From a virus, in IMG/VR virus record IMGVR_UViG_3300028045_000010, positions 1-64,000 of that record: 64,000 nt of DNA; one strand, given 5' to 3'. The position numbers and the translations under genes were made by a program. Shown here in pieces: positions 1 through 8,026 of this stretch; positions within the stretch are counted from its first letter, which is position 1; each line of letters opens with the position of its first letter. A model generated the notes under the pieces. That model was not told the origin of the DNA and made no database searches. It was given only the letters and a program-made list of their open reading frames with translations.

Positions 1-813
1 ACTTTCATTTAACCAAAATGCAATATCTTTATGGCAAGGAGGATATTTTGAATATTCTTGAAATTCTACAATGTCACCAGAATAAAATTGCTTTAAAAAC
101 CTTTCATCCGTTGTCCAAAAATATCTAATGTCTGGTATATTAAACAAAATCATAGCAAGTCTTTCAAGTCCTAAGCCAAAAGCCCATGCTTTTTTATTTT
201 TAAGACCACAATTTTCCATAATTTTACTCTGAACAATTCCTCCTCCCATTATTTCTAGCCAATTACCATTGAATTTAACTTCAATCTCTAAAGATGGGTC
301 TGTAAATGGGAAGTAGTCTTCATTAAATCTATATTCACACCCAGGAAACAAATACTCTACTAGGCCTATTAGTTTTTTTTTAAACTCTTCTTCTACATCT
401 TCACTATCTTCAACTATACAAACTCCTTCCATTTGGTGAAAAACAGGATAATGACAATTATCTATTTCATCTTTTCTATAAACATCACCAGTAACAAGAA
501 ACTTACTATAGCCTTTTAATAAAAGCTCATTTTGATGAGCTGAAGTATGAGTTCTTAAGCATGTGTCTTCATCAAAATAATATGTGTCAGAAAAACTTCT
601 TGCTGGGTGGTTTGGGGGGATTAATAATTTATCAAAATTTTCAACAACATCTACTTTAGAGTTTAAGTCATCAAAAGTTTTAAATTCTTGTCCAAAGTAT
701 TTATAAATTCTTTTTTTAATAATCTCAATAGGATGATTTTTTGTATTATGAATATTTCTATTCATCTTTTCTCTTATTGACTTTGTAATGTTGTAATTTT
801 TTACATTTCCCAT
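1..813 (-). CDS. pheS: Phenylalanyl-tRNA synthetase, monomeric mitochondrial (FARS2)-type; runs off the left edge of the window
   Basis: Not in the ORF track; translated by hand from ATG at 813. Contains HPARSFSDTYY, LRTHTSAHQ, motif 2 GDVYRKDEIDNCHYPVFHQMEG, YFPFTDPSLEIEV and motif 3 WAFGLGLERLAM. These are followed by IPDIRYFW and YSKYPPCHKDIAFWL, the start of a fused anticodon-binding domain. Confidence 0.93.
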   Translation of the reverse strand, partial: MGNVKNYNITKSIREKMNRNIHNTKNHPIEIIKKRIYKYFGQEFKTFDDLNSKVDVVENFDKLLIPPNHPARSFSDTYYFDEDTCLRTHTSAHQNELLLKGYSKFLVTGDVYRKDEIDNCHYPVFHQMEGVCIVEDSEDVEEEFKKKLIGLVEYLFPGCEYRFNEDYFPFTDPSLEIEVKFNGNWLEIMGGGIVQSKIMENCGLKNKKAWAFGLGLERLAMILFNIPDIRYFWTTDERFLKQFYSGDIVEFQEYSKYPPCHKDIAFWLNES

Positions 814-838
814 TTTACAAGATTTGATTTATTTAATA

Positions 839-846
839 CAAATTTA
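839..846 (-). promoter_or_regulatory. Bacteroidota-type -7 promoter element TAAATTTG upstream of PheRS
   Basis: Matches TAnnTTTG 25 nt before the start codon. Confidence 0.55.
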
Positions 847-881
847 TAAAATTTTTTTTATTATAAAAAAGATTTATTTTT

Positions 882-1556
882 TTATTGAAAATTAAGATTT
901 ATAATATTTAAAATATCTTCATCAAAATCTTCTTCAAATCCACTTGCGTATATTGCAAACTCAGTTATTGCTTTCATATATTCGTTTGATGGATTTTCAT
1001 TTGCCTTTCCTCTAACTTGAGTTACAGAACTTGTTTTTATGTCAACCTCTATAGTTACGTGTGGTTGATTTTTCATGTCTCTCATAGATATTATTAAAGA
1101 ATGACCTTTTAATATTTTTTGTCCATAACTTGAAACACAATTTTTCATAACACTTCCTTCTAAAGCTAATTCAGAAGAGTTTAATAGTTTAAAGAAATAC
1201 TTTTTGTTTTTAGTTGTATATATTATTGTTTCTTCATCTATCTTTTTGTTTGGATGCTTTTTTATATCTTTAAACTCTAGGCTATTATGCCAATCTCTAG
1301 AGTTTTTAAAAGCTTCATTAAATGACAAAGAAAAGATGTCAGGCCTTTCTTTTGTTGCCCAATCTATTATATACTGAAAATCATGAGCCCTATCTAATAG
1401 GTCTAAATTTTTAGAAACTTCTCTGCCAATCCATACATCATATTTATGTGAGCCACAAATTCTACCTATTTCAGAAACTAATTTGGTGGTATGGTGGTCT
1501 AGTCCCATACTTTTCATTATTTCCTTCTCTCTTTTTGTAGCTTTATTTTTTGACAT
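882..1556 (-). CDS. PcfJ-like domain protein
   Basis: EGSVMKNCVSSY...SMRD...PHVTIEV...QVRGKANE C-terminal signature. Confidence 0.75.
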   Translation of the reverse strand: MSKNKATKREKEIMKSMGLDHHTTKLVSEIGRICGSHKYDVWIGREVSKNLDLLDRAHDFQYIIDWATKERPDIFSLSFNEAFKNSRDWHNSLEFKDIKKHPNKKIDEETIIYTTKNKKYFFKLLNSSELALEGSVMKNCVSSYGQKILKGHSLIISMRDMKNQPHVTIEVDIKTSSVTQVRGKANENPSNEYMKAITEFAIYASGFEEDFDEDILNIINLNFQ

Positions 1557-1828
1557 TAAAAAATGTTTATTATTAAAATATATTCTTTATCTTCCTTAAT
1601 ATTAGGATTTTTTTCTAAAGAATAAGAGCCAGAATAATCTTTAGAGTCTTTTAATGTAATTCCTCTTATTTTATTTGTTTTGTTAAAACAAAAAGTAGAA
1701 TTATTTTCATTTATTTGAAAATTTGTTATTGTATAACATTTCATTACAACTCTTAATTTATGTTGTAACGTAGAAGACAATCTTCTTTCAGCGCTTCTGT
1801 TAGATATTTCAAAACTTCTTGTAGTCAA
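1556..1828 (-). CDS. Hypothetical protein
   Basis: 90-aa ORF packed between co-oriented neighbours. Confidence 0.6.
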   Translation of the reverse strand: MTTRSFEISNRSAERRLSSTLQHKLRVVMKCYTITNFQINENNSTFCFNKTNKIRGITLKDSKDYSGSYSLEKNPNIKEDKEYILIINIF

Positions 1829-1838
1829 AGGTTAACTT

Positions 1839-2339
1839 TTACTTTTTAGTTCTTTTTTTTTGCTTTTTAGTTTTTGGTCTACCTCTTTTAGGTTTGTTTT
1901 TTGAACCTTTTGGTCTACCGCCTTTATTTTTGATTTCCACAGAATCTTCTGGGACTATAACTTCCACTTCTATAGGCTTATCAACATTTAGCTCTTCTTT
2001 TAGTGAGTTATCGTGGATTTCTTCAATAGCAGAAACATCTTCTTCTTTTGTGAAAATCTTAACAACAGTTTTAAGTGTTTTCTTTACTTTTTCAACAATG
2101 CTAATGTTGTTATAGACTTTATAATAAGAATAATTTTTAGGAAGGTCTTCTTGAGTTATTTTTAGTATTCTCTTTTTTTCGTATAATCTTAATATACTAT
2201 TATTGCCTTTATGTTCTATGTAGATGTATTCTCCAGATTTTAGAGTTAAATTGATATTGCTACCATCTTTTTTTAAAAAAGGCAACCTTACATCCTGAGG
2301 TATTGAGCCAGTTTCATTTGTGATATTTGTTACTTTCAT
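1839..2339 (-). CDS. Hypothetical protein with C-terminal AT-hook-like basic tail
   Basis: C-terminus GGRPKGSKNKPKRGRPKTKK; start moved to MKVTN, downstream of a TATATTGC promoter-like site at 2358-2365. Confidence 0.7.
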   Translation of the reverse strand: MKVTNITNETGSIPQDVRLPFLKKDGSNINLTLKSGEYIYIEHKGNNSILRLYEKKRILKITQEDLPKNYSYYKVYNNISIVEKVKKTLKTVVKIFTKEEDVSAIEEIHDNSLKEELNVDKPIEVEVIVPEDSVEIKNKGGRPKGSKNKPKRGRPKTKKQKKRTKK

Positions 2340-2406
2340 AATGTTTTTATTTACTATGCAATATAACAAATAAAAACAAAAAATAAAGTATTATGAAGTG
2401 ATTTAT

Positions 2407-4239
2407 TTATTTACAATTAGGATTTTTTACAAAAACCATAGAATTTAAATCTAATATAAAATTTTTGCTTTCATTTAAAAAGTCTTTTTCGTAAAACTTT
2501 TGAACTATACCAAATACACTACCTGGCCTTTCAACTTCTACTGTTTTTTCTGATTCATTTTCTTTAGACTTAGAAACAGATTCATTAATTGTTTTTTTGT
2601 TGTCTTCAATATAAAAATTACCAGAACCTTCTATGTTTTCAAAAACTTCATTTAATTCTTCAGATTCTTTTATTGTTTCAAACTTATTAAACAAAGAAAG
2701 TTTACTCCATCTTTCTTTTTCGTATTCAGAATTTGTTTTTTCTGTAACAATATATCTCTTATTTACTCCTTTGCTTTTGTTTTCTAATGAAGATGAGAAT
2801 TTTCTTTTGTTAAGCCTTTCTTTTTTAGCACTTTCAGCAAGACCCATTCTTTTCATTTTATCGTGGTCTCTACCTACTCCACTAGTTCTTTCCCACTCCT
2901 CTTTGCTATTAGGCTTTACGAAAGGCATTCCTAATGGATGAGTGTTTGGGTCAACCTTAACAACTTGAGTGTATGGCTTACTTGCATTTGCACTTACATC
3001 TTCTGGTATTACATTGTAGTCTTTGTCCACTTTTGGTCTACTAGAATTTTTTAACTTAGAATAAGAAGTGTTTTTAATAGATTTTTTATTACTTTTTTTA
3101 TTACTTTTTGACTCGTTAAGCTCACCCTCTTCATAAATTGGGTCATTTACTGGGATGTTCCAAGGAGCTCCAGCTTGTGATTTTTTGTCACCTTTAGATT
3201 TATTTGCTTTTTTAGAATATTTTCTTTTTACAGCTTTTGAAAATAGTTTAGTATCGTACCTTCCAGCGCCAGAACCTGCAGGACCAGCCATGCTTATTTC
3301 TTCAATAACTTCATTTTTTAACTCTTCATAAAGCTCTGTAACTTCAGCTGGTGTTAAATCATTAATATTATCAGTACCAAACATATTTTGACACTTTTCC
3401 TTAAACGGCTCTTCATCTTGAACACTGATGATAACATCATCAAAATCTCTTCTAGACTCTTCGTCATCAAACAATAAAAACTTATCATCTTTTAAAGGAA
3501 TCTTATTAAGCTTCTCCTGAGCTGGTATATTTTTTTCGTCATCTGGTAACGTTTCATACTTTTCTCCTTCGTTAATATTTTCGAAGTTTAAATCATCTTT
3601 AAAAAGATTTTTAAGTGTTAAATTTTTCATATCTAAAGTTTCAACTATTGATGTTGTGCTTGCGTCAAGTCTGTCTTCAACGCCTAATTTTGTGTTTGTT
3701 AAAAACCCAACCTCCCTTGTTGCAGCGTTTGCGAATAAATCTGTAAGTGATTTTTTTGCCTTGCTTAATGGTACGGTTAGTCTTTCGTTTACCATATAAG
3801 TTTTTCCGTCTTCATCTACGCCTCTAAAAAATCCAGACTCTGGGCTCTTGTATTGTAAATGTAATGTTTTGTTTCCTATTATTTCATAGTCAATTTGAGA
3901 TTCTACTCTCTTAGCTCCAATAAATATTTGTTTCTCAATAGTTCCAGAATTAGGTCCGTGGTCCATATTTTCTGAACTATCATACTTTCTAGGTCTTCCT
4001 GTTACTATAACGTTGTACTCACCTTCTTCAACACCAGCTCCGTAAGTTGTTCCATCACCATATACTCCAGCAACTTTTTCATTTCTTTTAAAGCCAAGCT
4101 TTTCTTCAATTACTTTAGATGTAGTATCATTAAGGATTTTTTTCATCATACTTAAAGTATCATGAGTTTTTTCGAGTTCTTTAGAGAATTCTTTTTCTCT
4201 TTTTTCTTCTCCGTTATTTATGTTTATCTTTTCGGCCAT
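2407..4239 (-). CDS. Putative late/virion (head) protein
   Basis: 610-aa acidic ORF with many (I/L)xE sites (LNES, INES); TATTTAT upstream at 4268-4274. Confidence 0.65.
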   Translation of the reverse strand: MAEKININNGEEKREKEFSKELEKTHDTLSMMKKILNDTTSKVIEEKLGFKRNEKVAGVYGDGTTYGAGVEEGEYNVIVTGRPRKYDSSENMDHGPNSGTIEKQIFIGAKRVESQIDYEIIGNKTLHLQYKSPESGFFRGVDEDGKTYMVNERLTVPLSKAKKSLTDLFANAATREVGFLTNTKLGVEDRLDASTTSIVETLDMKNLTLKNLFKDDLNFENINEGEKYETLPDDEKNIPAQEKLNKIPLKDDKFLLFDDEESRRDFDDVIISVQDEEPFKEKCQNMFGTDNINDLTPAEVTELYEELKNEVIEEISMAGPAGSGAGRYDTKLFSKAVKRKYSKKANKSKGDKKSQAGAPWNIPVNDPIYEEGELNESKSNKKSNKKSIKNTSYSKLKNSSRPKVDKDYNVIPEDVSANASKPYTQVVKVDPNTHPLGMPFVKPNSKEEWERTSGVGRDHDKMKRMGLAESAKKERLNKRKFSSSLENKSKGVNKRYIVTEKTNSEYEKERWSKLSLFNKFETIKESEELNEVFENIEGSGNFYIEDNKKTINESVSKSKENESEKTVEVERPGSVFGIVQKFYEKDFLNESKNFILDLNSMVFVKNPNCK

Positions 4240-4310
4240 TTTAAACCTATTATATTTTGCTTTTCATATAAATATACCTAAAAATTAAAAAACAGAATAT
4301 ATTGTTATAC

Positions 4311-4340
4311 AAAAAAACCCACTGAGTCAGCGGGTCTTGT
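4311..4340 (-). terminator. Possible intrinsic terminator
   Basis: ACCC...GGGT stem followed by a T-run on the minus strand, at the end of the 4327-4596 gene. Confidence 0.4.
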
Positions 4341-4596
4341 TTGTGTAATTTTTTTTTAAAAATTTCCAATCATTTTTTGATGATATTGGCATACCTGGGT
4401 TGTCCTGGTATAGTTTGCCTTTATATTTATATCCTATAAACCTTTTTTTTATTATTTTTTCACGTTTACGTGTTATAGGATTTGTTTTAACAAAAGAATA
4501 GTCAACATAAGTTCTTTTGCATCTAATCCAAAAAGAATAGTTCCATATTATGTTTTTTATATAAAATCTTAATTTTGAATTTTTCCAAAAAATCAT
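4327..4596 (-). CDS. Hypothetical basic protein
   Basis: 89-aa ORF in a co-oriented run. Confidence 0.6.
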   Translation of the reverse strand: MIFWKNSKLRFYIKNIIWNYSFWIRCKRTYVDYSFVKTNPITRKREKIIKKRFIGYKYKGKLYQDNPGMPISSKNDWKFLKKNYTNKTR

Positions 4597-4609
4597 TATA
4601 AATATTAAA

Positions 4610-4849
4610 TTAAATCCAAGTGTCTATTTGAATGTTTGATGAAATGACAATAGAATTGAAAAGTATAAGAAAAATTAAAAATATAGCAACTATTAATATT
4701 AAACCATTTACTAAAACTCTTTCTGCTAAAGAAGTTGATTTTGTTTCTATATCTTTATTAAAAAGCTTATATTCCCTAAATAACAATCTTCCAAAAAATA
4801 GACAACTTAAAGCTATTATTACTAATATTATTTTAAGTGTAATTATCAT
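4610..4849 (-). CDS. Hypothetical membrane protein (2 TM)
   Basis: Two long hydrophobic stretches. Confidence 0.65.
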   Translation of the reverse strand: MIITLKIILVIIALSCLFFGRLLFREYKLFNKDIETKSTSLAERVLVNGLILIVAIFLIFLILFNSIVISSNIQIDTWI

Positions 4850-4854
4850 TTTTT

Positions 4855-5094
4855 TTATTTTTTTGTTTTTTCCTCAACAAGAACAATAGAATTTATGCTT
4901 TTTACCATACTATCAGCTCTCTCTAGGTCTTCAAAAAGTTTAATTATATCATCTGTCGTAGTTGCGTGTCCACCCACTCCAACGGGTCTATTTAGAAATA
5001 TCTCCAAATCTGATAAAGCTCTATCTTTAAGAGCTTGATAATGTGATATTGCTGCCGTAACTGTTGGCGTTAATTGTATTTTTATATCTTCCAT
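4855..5094 (-). CDS. Conserved-looking phage hypothetical protein
   Basis: Helical protein with FLNRPVGVGGH motif; TATATTTG promoter at 5123-5130. Confidence 0.7.
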   Translation of the reverse strand: MEDIKIQLTPTVTAAISHYQALKDRALSDLEIFLNRPVGVGGHATTTDDIIKLFEDLERADSMVKSINSIVLVEEKTKK

Positions 5095-5163
5095 AATGTT
5101 TTTTATAGGGCGTTTTATATTACAAATATATATATTTTTTTTAAAAAAGTAAAGTTAATATGA

Positions 5164-5736
5164 TTAAACAATTTCTTTAAATTGTTTTTTATCTTGTTTT
5201 TTCTTCTCTTTTCTTTCTTCCAAAACTCTTTGACAAGCTAAATCTATCATTTCAGAACTATCTAAAACTTTTTCCGCTCCATAGAATCTTAAATTATCAT
5301 TAAACTCTCTAGTATCTGCTGATTTTTTGCTTAAATTTGGACTTTCTAAAGTTCCCATATCTATCCCACAAAGAGCTTTGTCTAATTGAATTGTTTTATT
5401 TTTTTTATCCAAATCTTTCCATACATCATAAAAAACAGTAATTATATAGTCATACTCATCATTTACTGTCTTTTCGACTTCACTTCTCTTTATGAGAGAT
5501 GCTAATATAAATCTTCCACCTTCTTTTTTGGGGTTTTTTGTGCAGTATAAAAATTTAATTCTATTAGTTTCGATGTCAGCATTATGTACTGTTGTATCTT
5601 TTATTTGCTTTGATATAGGAGCCAACTCTTCATCAGCATCCATATATCCTTCAAAATCTGAAGGTAGTACTGGTGTGTTTTCGAAATTTGTGTTTTCGTT
5701 TAATTCTTCTGGTTTTGCAGTAATTTCTTGTGACAT
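5164..5736 (-). CDS. Phage metallopeptidase-like protein with degenerate HExxH
   Basis: IKFLY...DYIITVFYDVWKDL...LDKALCGI...DTREF...RFYG follows the putative phage metallopeptidase pattern, but KALCG replaces HELxH. Confidence 0.55.
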   Translation of the reverse strand: MSQEITAKPEELNENTNFENTPVLPSDFEGYMDADEELAPISKQIKDTTVHNADIETNRIKFLYCTKNPKKEGGRFILASLIKRSEVEKTVNDEYDYIITVFYDVWKDLDKKNKTIQLDKALCGIDMGTLESPNLSKKSADTREFNDNLRFYGAEKVLDSSEMIDLACQRVLEERKEKKKQDKKQFKEIV

Positions 5737-5805
5737 AGTTTATTTATTTGTTTATTATTCAATAATTTTAAACAAAAATATAAATAAAACTTTAAATAAT
5801 CAAAT

Positions 5806-6312
5806 TTATTTGTGAATTCTTGTATTTAATGGATTCATTAAATTTTTAGTTCTGATACCAGAAGCTCCTCTCACATTTTTACTAGTGTTGTTTTTGCTGT
5901 GTTTTTGAGAAATGATTTTTTCAGCCCAATTTTTGCCAACATCTCCTCCCCACAAATTCCAAGATTGTAATATTCCTGAATTTTCTACATTTTTACCTTT
6001 TACTTTTTCTGAATTTACCTCATCACAATGATTGTCAAAATAAGCTTTCATTCTTTTGACTTGAGCATGAGTCATAGATTTTTTATCACAAATAGACTTT
6101 GCTTTATTTTTACCAGAACCTTCATTTGGATTGTTATTGTCAATTAAGTTATTTGATGAAATTATTTCTAAAGCTTTTTTAGCTATAGATACCATTTCAT
6201 CTGTTGGGGTGAACTCTCCATTATACATATATCTAAAATCTTCTTTTAAAAGATTTTTAAATTCTTCTCGTATAATTTTTCTAATTTCATTCATTAGATT
6301 AGATTTAGTCAA
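5806..6312 (-). CDS. Putative head-associated protein (WxLWGGD domain)
   Basis: N-terminal EIRKIIREE motif; KRMKAYF...SWNLWGGDVGKNWA. Confidence 0.7.
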   Translation of the reverse strand: MTKSNLMNEIRKIIREEFKNLLKEDFRYMYNGEFTPTDEMVSIAKKALEIISSNNLIDNNNPNEGSGKNKAKSICDKKSMTHAQVKRMKAYFDNHCDEVNSEKVKGKNVENSGILQSWNLWGGDVGKNWAEKIISQKHSKNNTSKNVRGASGIRTKNLMNPLNTRIHK

Positions 6313-6835
6313 CTGACGTTTCTACATCTCCACCAACAATTTTAACTAAAGCGCCCTTTATGTCTAATGGTAATTTTGACTCAAACCCTAAGTTGTTAAG
6401 CGTCCAGTTTACCTCATCATAAAATCCCATATTATTAATCGGAGTTCCAGACTCTAATGTTCTTTTAACAGATATCTCAAGAGCCTCTTCTGGTTTTATG
6501 TATGAAAAAGAGTTGTTTCTTGCAGAGTCTGGTATAGTTGGTAAAAATGTACTTACAGTTTCTCCTTGACCAGCCTGTTTCATGCCCTGAAAAGGAATTC
6601 CATCATTTCCATACTCTTTTATAAGTCTATGTTTTGATAGTTTTTTTAATCTTTCAGACTCTTCAGTTAATTTAATACTATCAACTTCTTTTTCTTTTTT
6701 ATTCTTTACAAACTCACCTCTTTTTTGATAAGTTTCATTAAGTTCTTTCATCCTTTCAAGTTGAGTATTCTCTTGAATATTATTCTTTCCATTTTCTTCA
6801 GGAGAAAAATCAAACACTTCTGATAGCTTATACAT
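6305..6835 (-). CDS. Putative late/head protein
   Basis: ERMKELNE and EESERLKKLS motifs; TATTTAT at 6853-6859. Confidence 0.65.
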   Translation of the reverse strand: MYKLSEVFDFSPEENGKNNIQENTQLERMKELNETYQKRGEFVKNKKEKEVDSIKLTEESERLKKLSKHRLIKEYGNDGIPFQGMKQAGQGETVSTFLPTIPDSARNNSFSYIKPEEALEISVKRTLESGTPINNMGFYDEVNWTLNNLGFESKLPLDIKGALVKIVGGDVETSVD

Positions 6836-6878
6836 TTTTTTAATATTTTATAATAAATAGTTTATAAAAACAATTTAC

Positions 6879-7361
6879 TTACCAAGTAACGACTCCTAAT
6901 CCTAAATCTCCATAGTAACGTTTACTCTTAGCTATAGTTTGTTTAATTGCTTTTTCTGAGCCGAACTTAGACTTTCCTACCATAGAATTATTTGAATTGT
7001 TTGGCATATCGTCATTTGGCATTATATCCCCATACTCATCAACAATCTCATCTAAAGTGTTTTCACTAAATTCATCTTCAGATTTAGACTTTTGTATAAA
7101 CTCTTTTACAAAATCTATTATATTAGAATTTTGATTAACTTCATCGCCCATCCAATTGTTTATACAATCATTTTTTACTTTCAAATTCATATCTCTTCCG
7201 TCTGTAGTTGAAAAATCTATTATGAATATATCTTTATCTACATCCATATTTGCATTTGCTACAGAGCCAACAATGTCAGGAGCTAAATAATAAAAAGATT
7301 CATCTCTATCATTAAAGCCTTCAATAAGAATGTTTCTTAGCTCTTTTCCTTTACTATACAT
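6879..7361 (-). CDS. Putative late/head protein
   Basis: ELRNILIE N-terminus, acidic; TATTTAT at 7380-7386. Confidence 0.65.
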   Translation of the reverse strand: MYSKGKELRNILIEGFNDRDESFYYLAPDIVGSVANANMDVDKDIFIIDFSTTDGRDMNLKVKNDCINNWMGDEVNQNSNIIDFVKEFIQKSKSEDEFSENTLDEIVDEYGDIMPNDDMPNNSNNSMVGKSKFGSEKAIKQTIAKSKRYYGDLGLGVVTW

Positions 7362-7390
7362 CTAATTTATTGTTTTTAAATAAATAGATG

Positions 7391-7909
7391 TTAATTTATA
7401 AAATCAATTAGACTTTTCCATTTCATTAAATTATTATTATCTATTTGTATTTTAAAGTTATATAATTTATCATTTTCTAAAAATAATTGCTTTTTGACTT
7501 TTGGAACATTATAATAGTTGTCACCGTAAATTTCATTCACTACTTCTAAATCGCTTTTTTTATCATAATAAAATTCTGGATGCTTTCTTTCTATATTATC
7601 ATCTTCCTTTTCTTTTTCTTCTGGGTGGTTGGAGTTAATAACATTTTCCCTCTTAACAACAGACATCCAACTTTCCCCAGCCTCAAATCTGTGTCTAAAC
7701 ATTATTGGAGTATCATATTTTACAACATTCTTATCTATGCCGTAATTTTCCACTCTATATATTGTAGAGCCAGTTAAAAAATAATATGACAAAACACCCT
7801 CTTCATTGTAAGGGTTGTTGTTTTTCTCTATTAATAATTCAACTTCACTATTGGTAGATTCTTTGTACTTAAACAAAAATCCTTTTTTATCATATTCAAA
7901 ATAATACAT
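7391..7909 (-). CDS. Hypothetical protein
   Basis: 172-aa ORF; contains VELLIEK and KKQLFLE. Confidence 0.65.
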   Translation of the reverse strand: MYYFEYDKKGFLFKYKESTNSEVELLIEKNNNPYNEEGVLSYYFLTGSTIYRVENYGIDKNVVKYDTPIMFRHRFEAGESWMSVVKRENVINSNHPEEKEKEDDNIERKHPEFYYDKKSDLEVVNEIYGDNYYNVPKVKKQLFLENDKLYNFKIQIDNNNLMKWKSLIDFIN

Positions 7910-8026
7910 TATACAAATTAAAATAAAAAAATCTTTTGTGTAAATAGTAGTATTGTTTTTGTTAATATTTATTATTGATATAATTAAAATAATAATGACA
8001 TATTTATAATATAATTAATAAAGAAT

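Noticed and set aside
1-813. Eukaryotic, organellar or NCLDV origin of the contig because of the mitochondrial-type PheRS
   Set aside because: The neighbourhood has an amidase endolysin, tail spikes, sheath and gp23 fragments, bacterial promoters and intrinsic terminators, all indicating a bacteriophage
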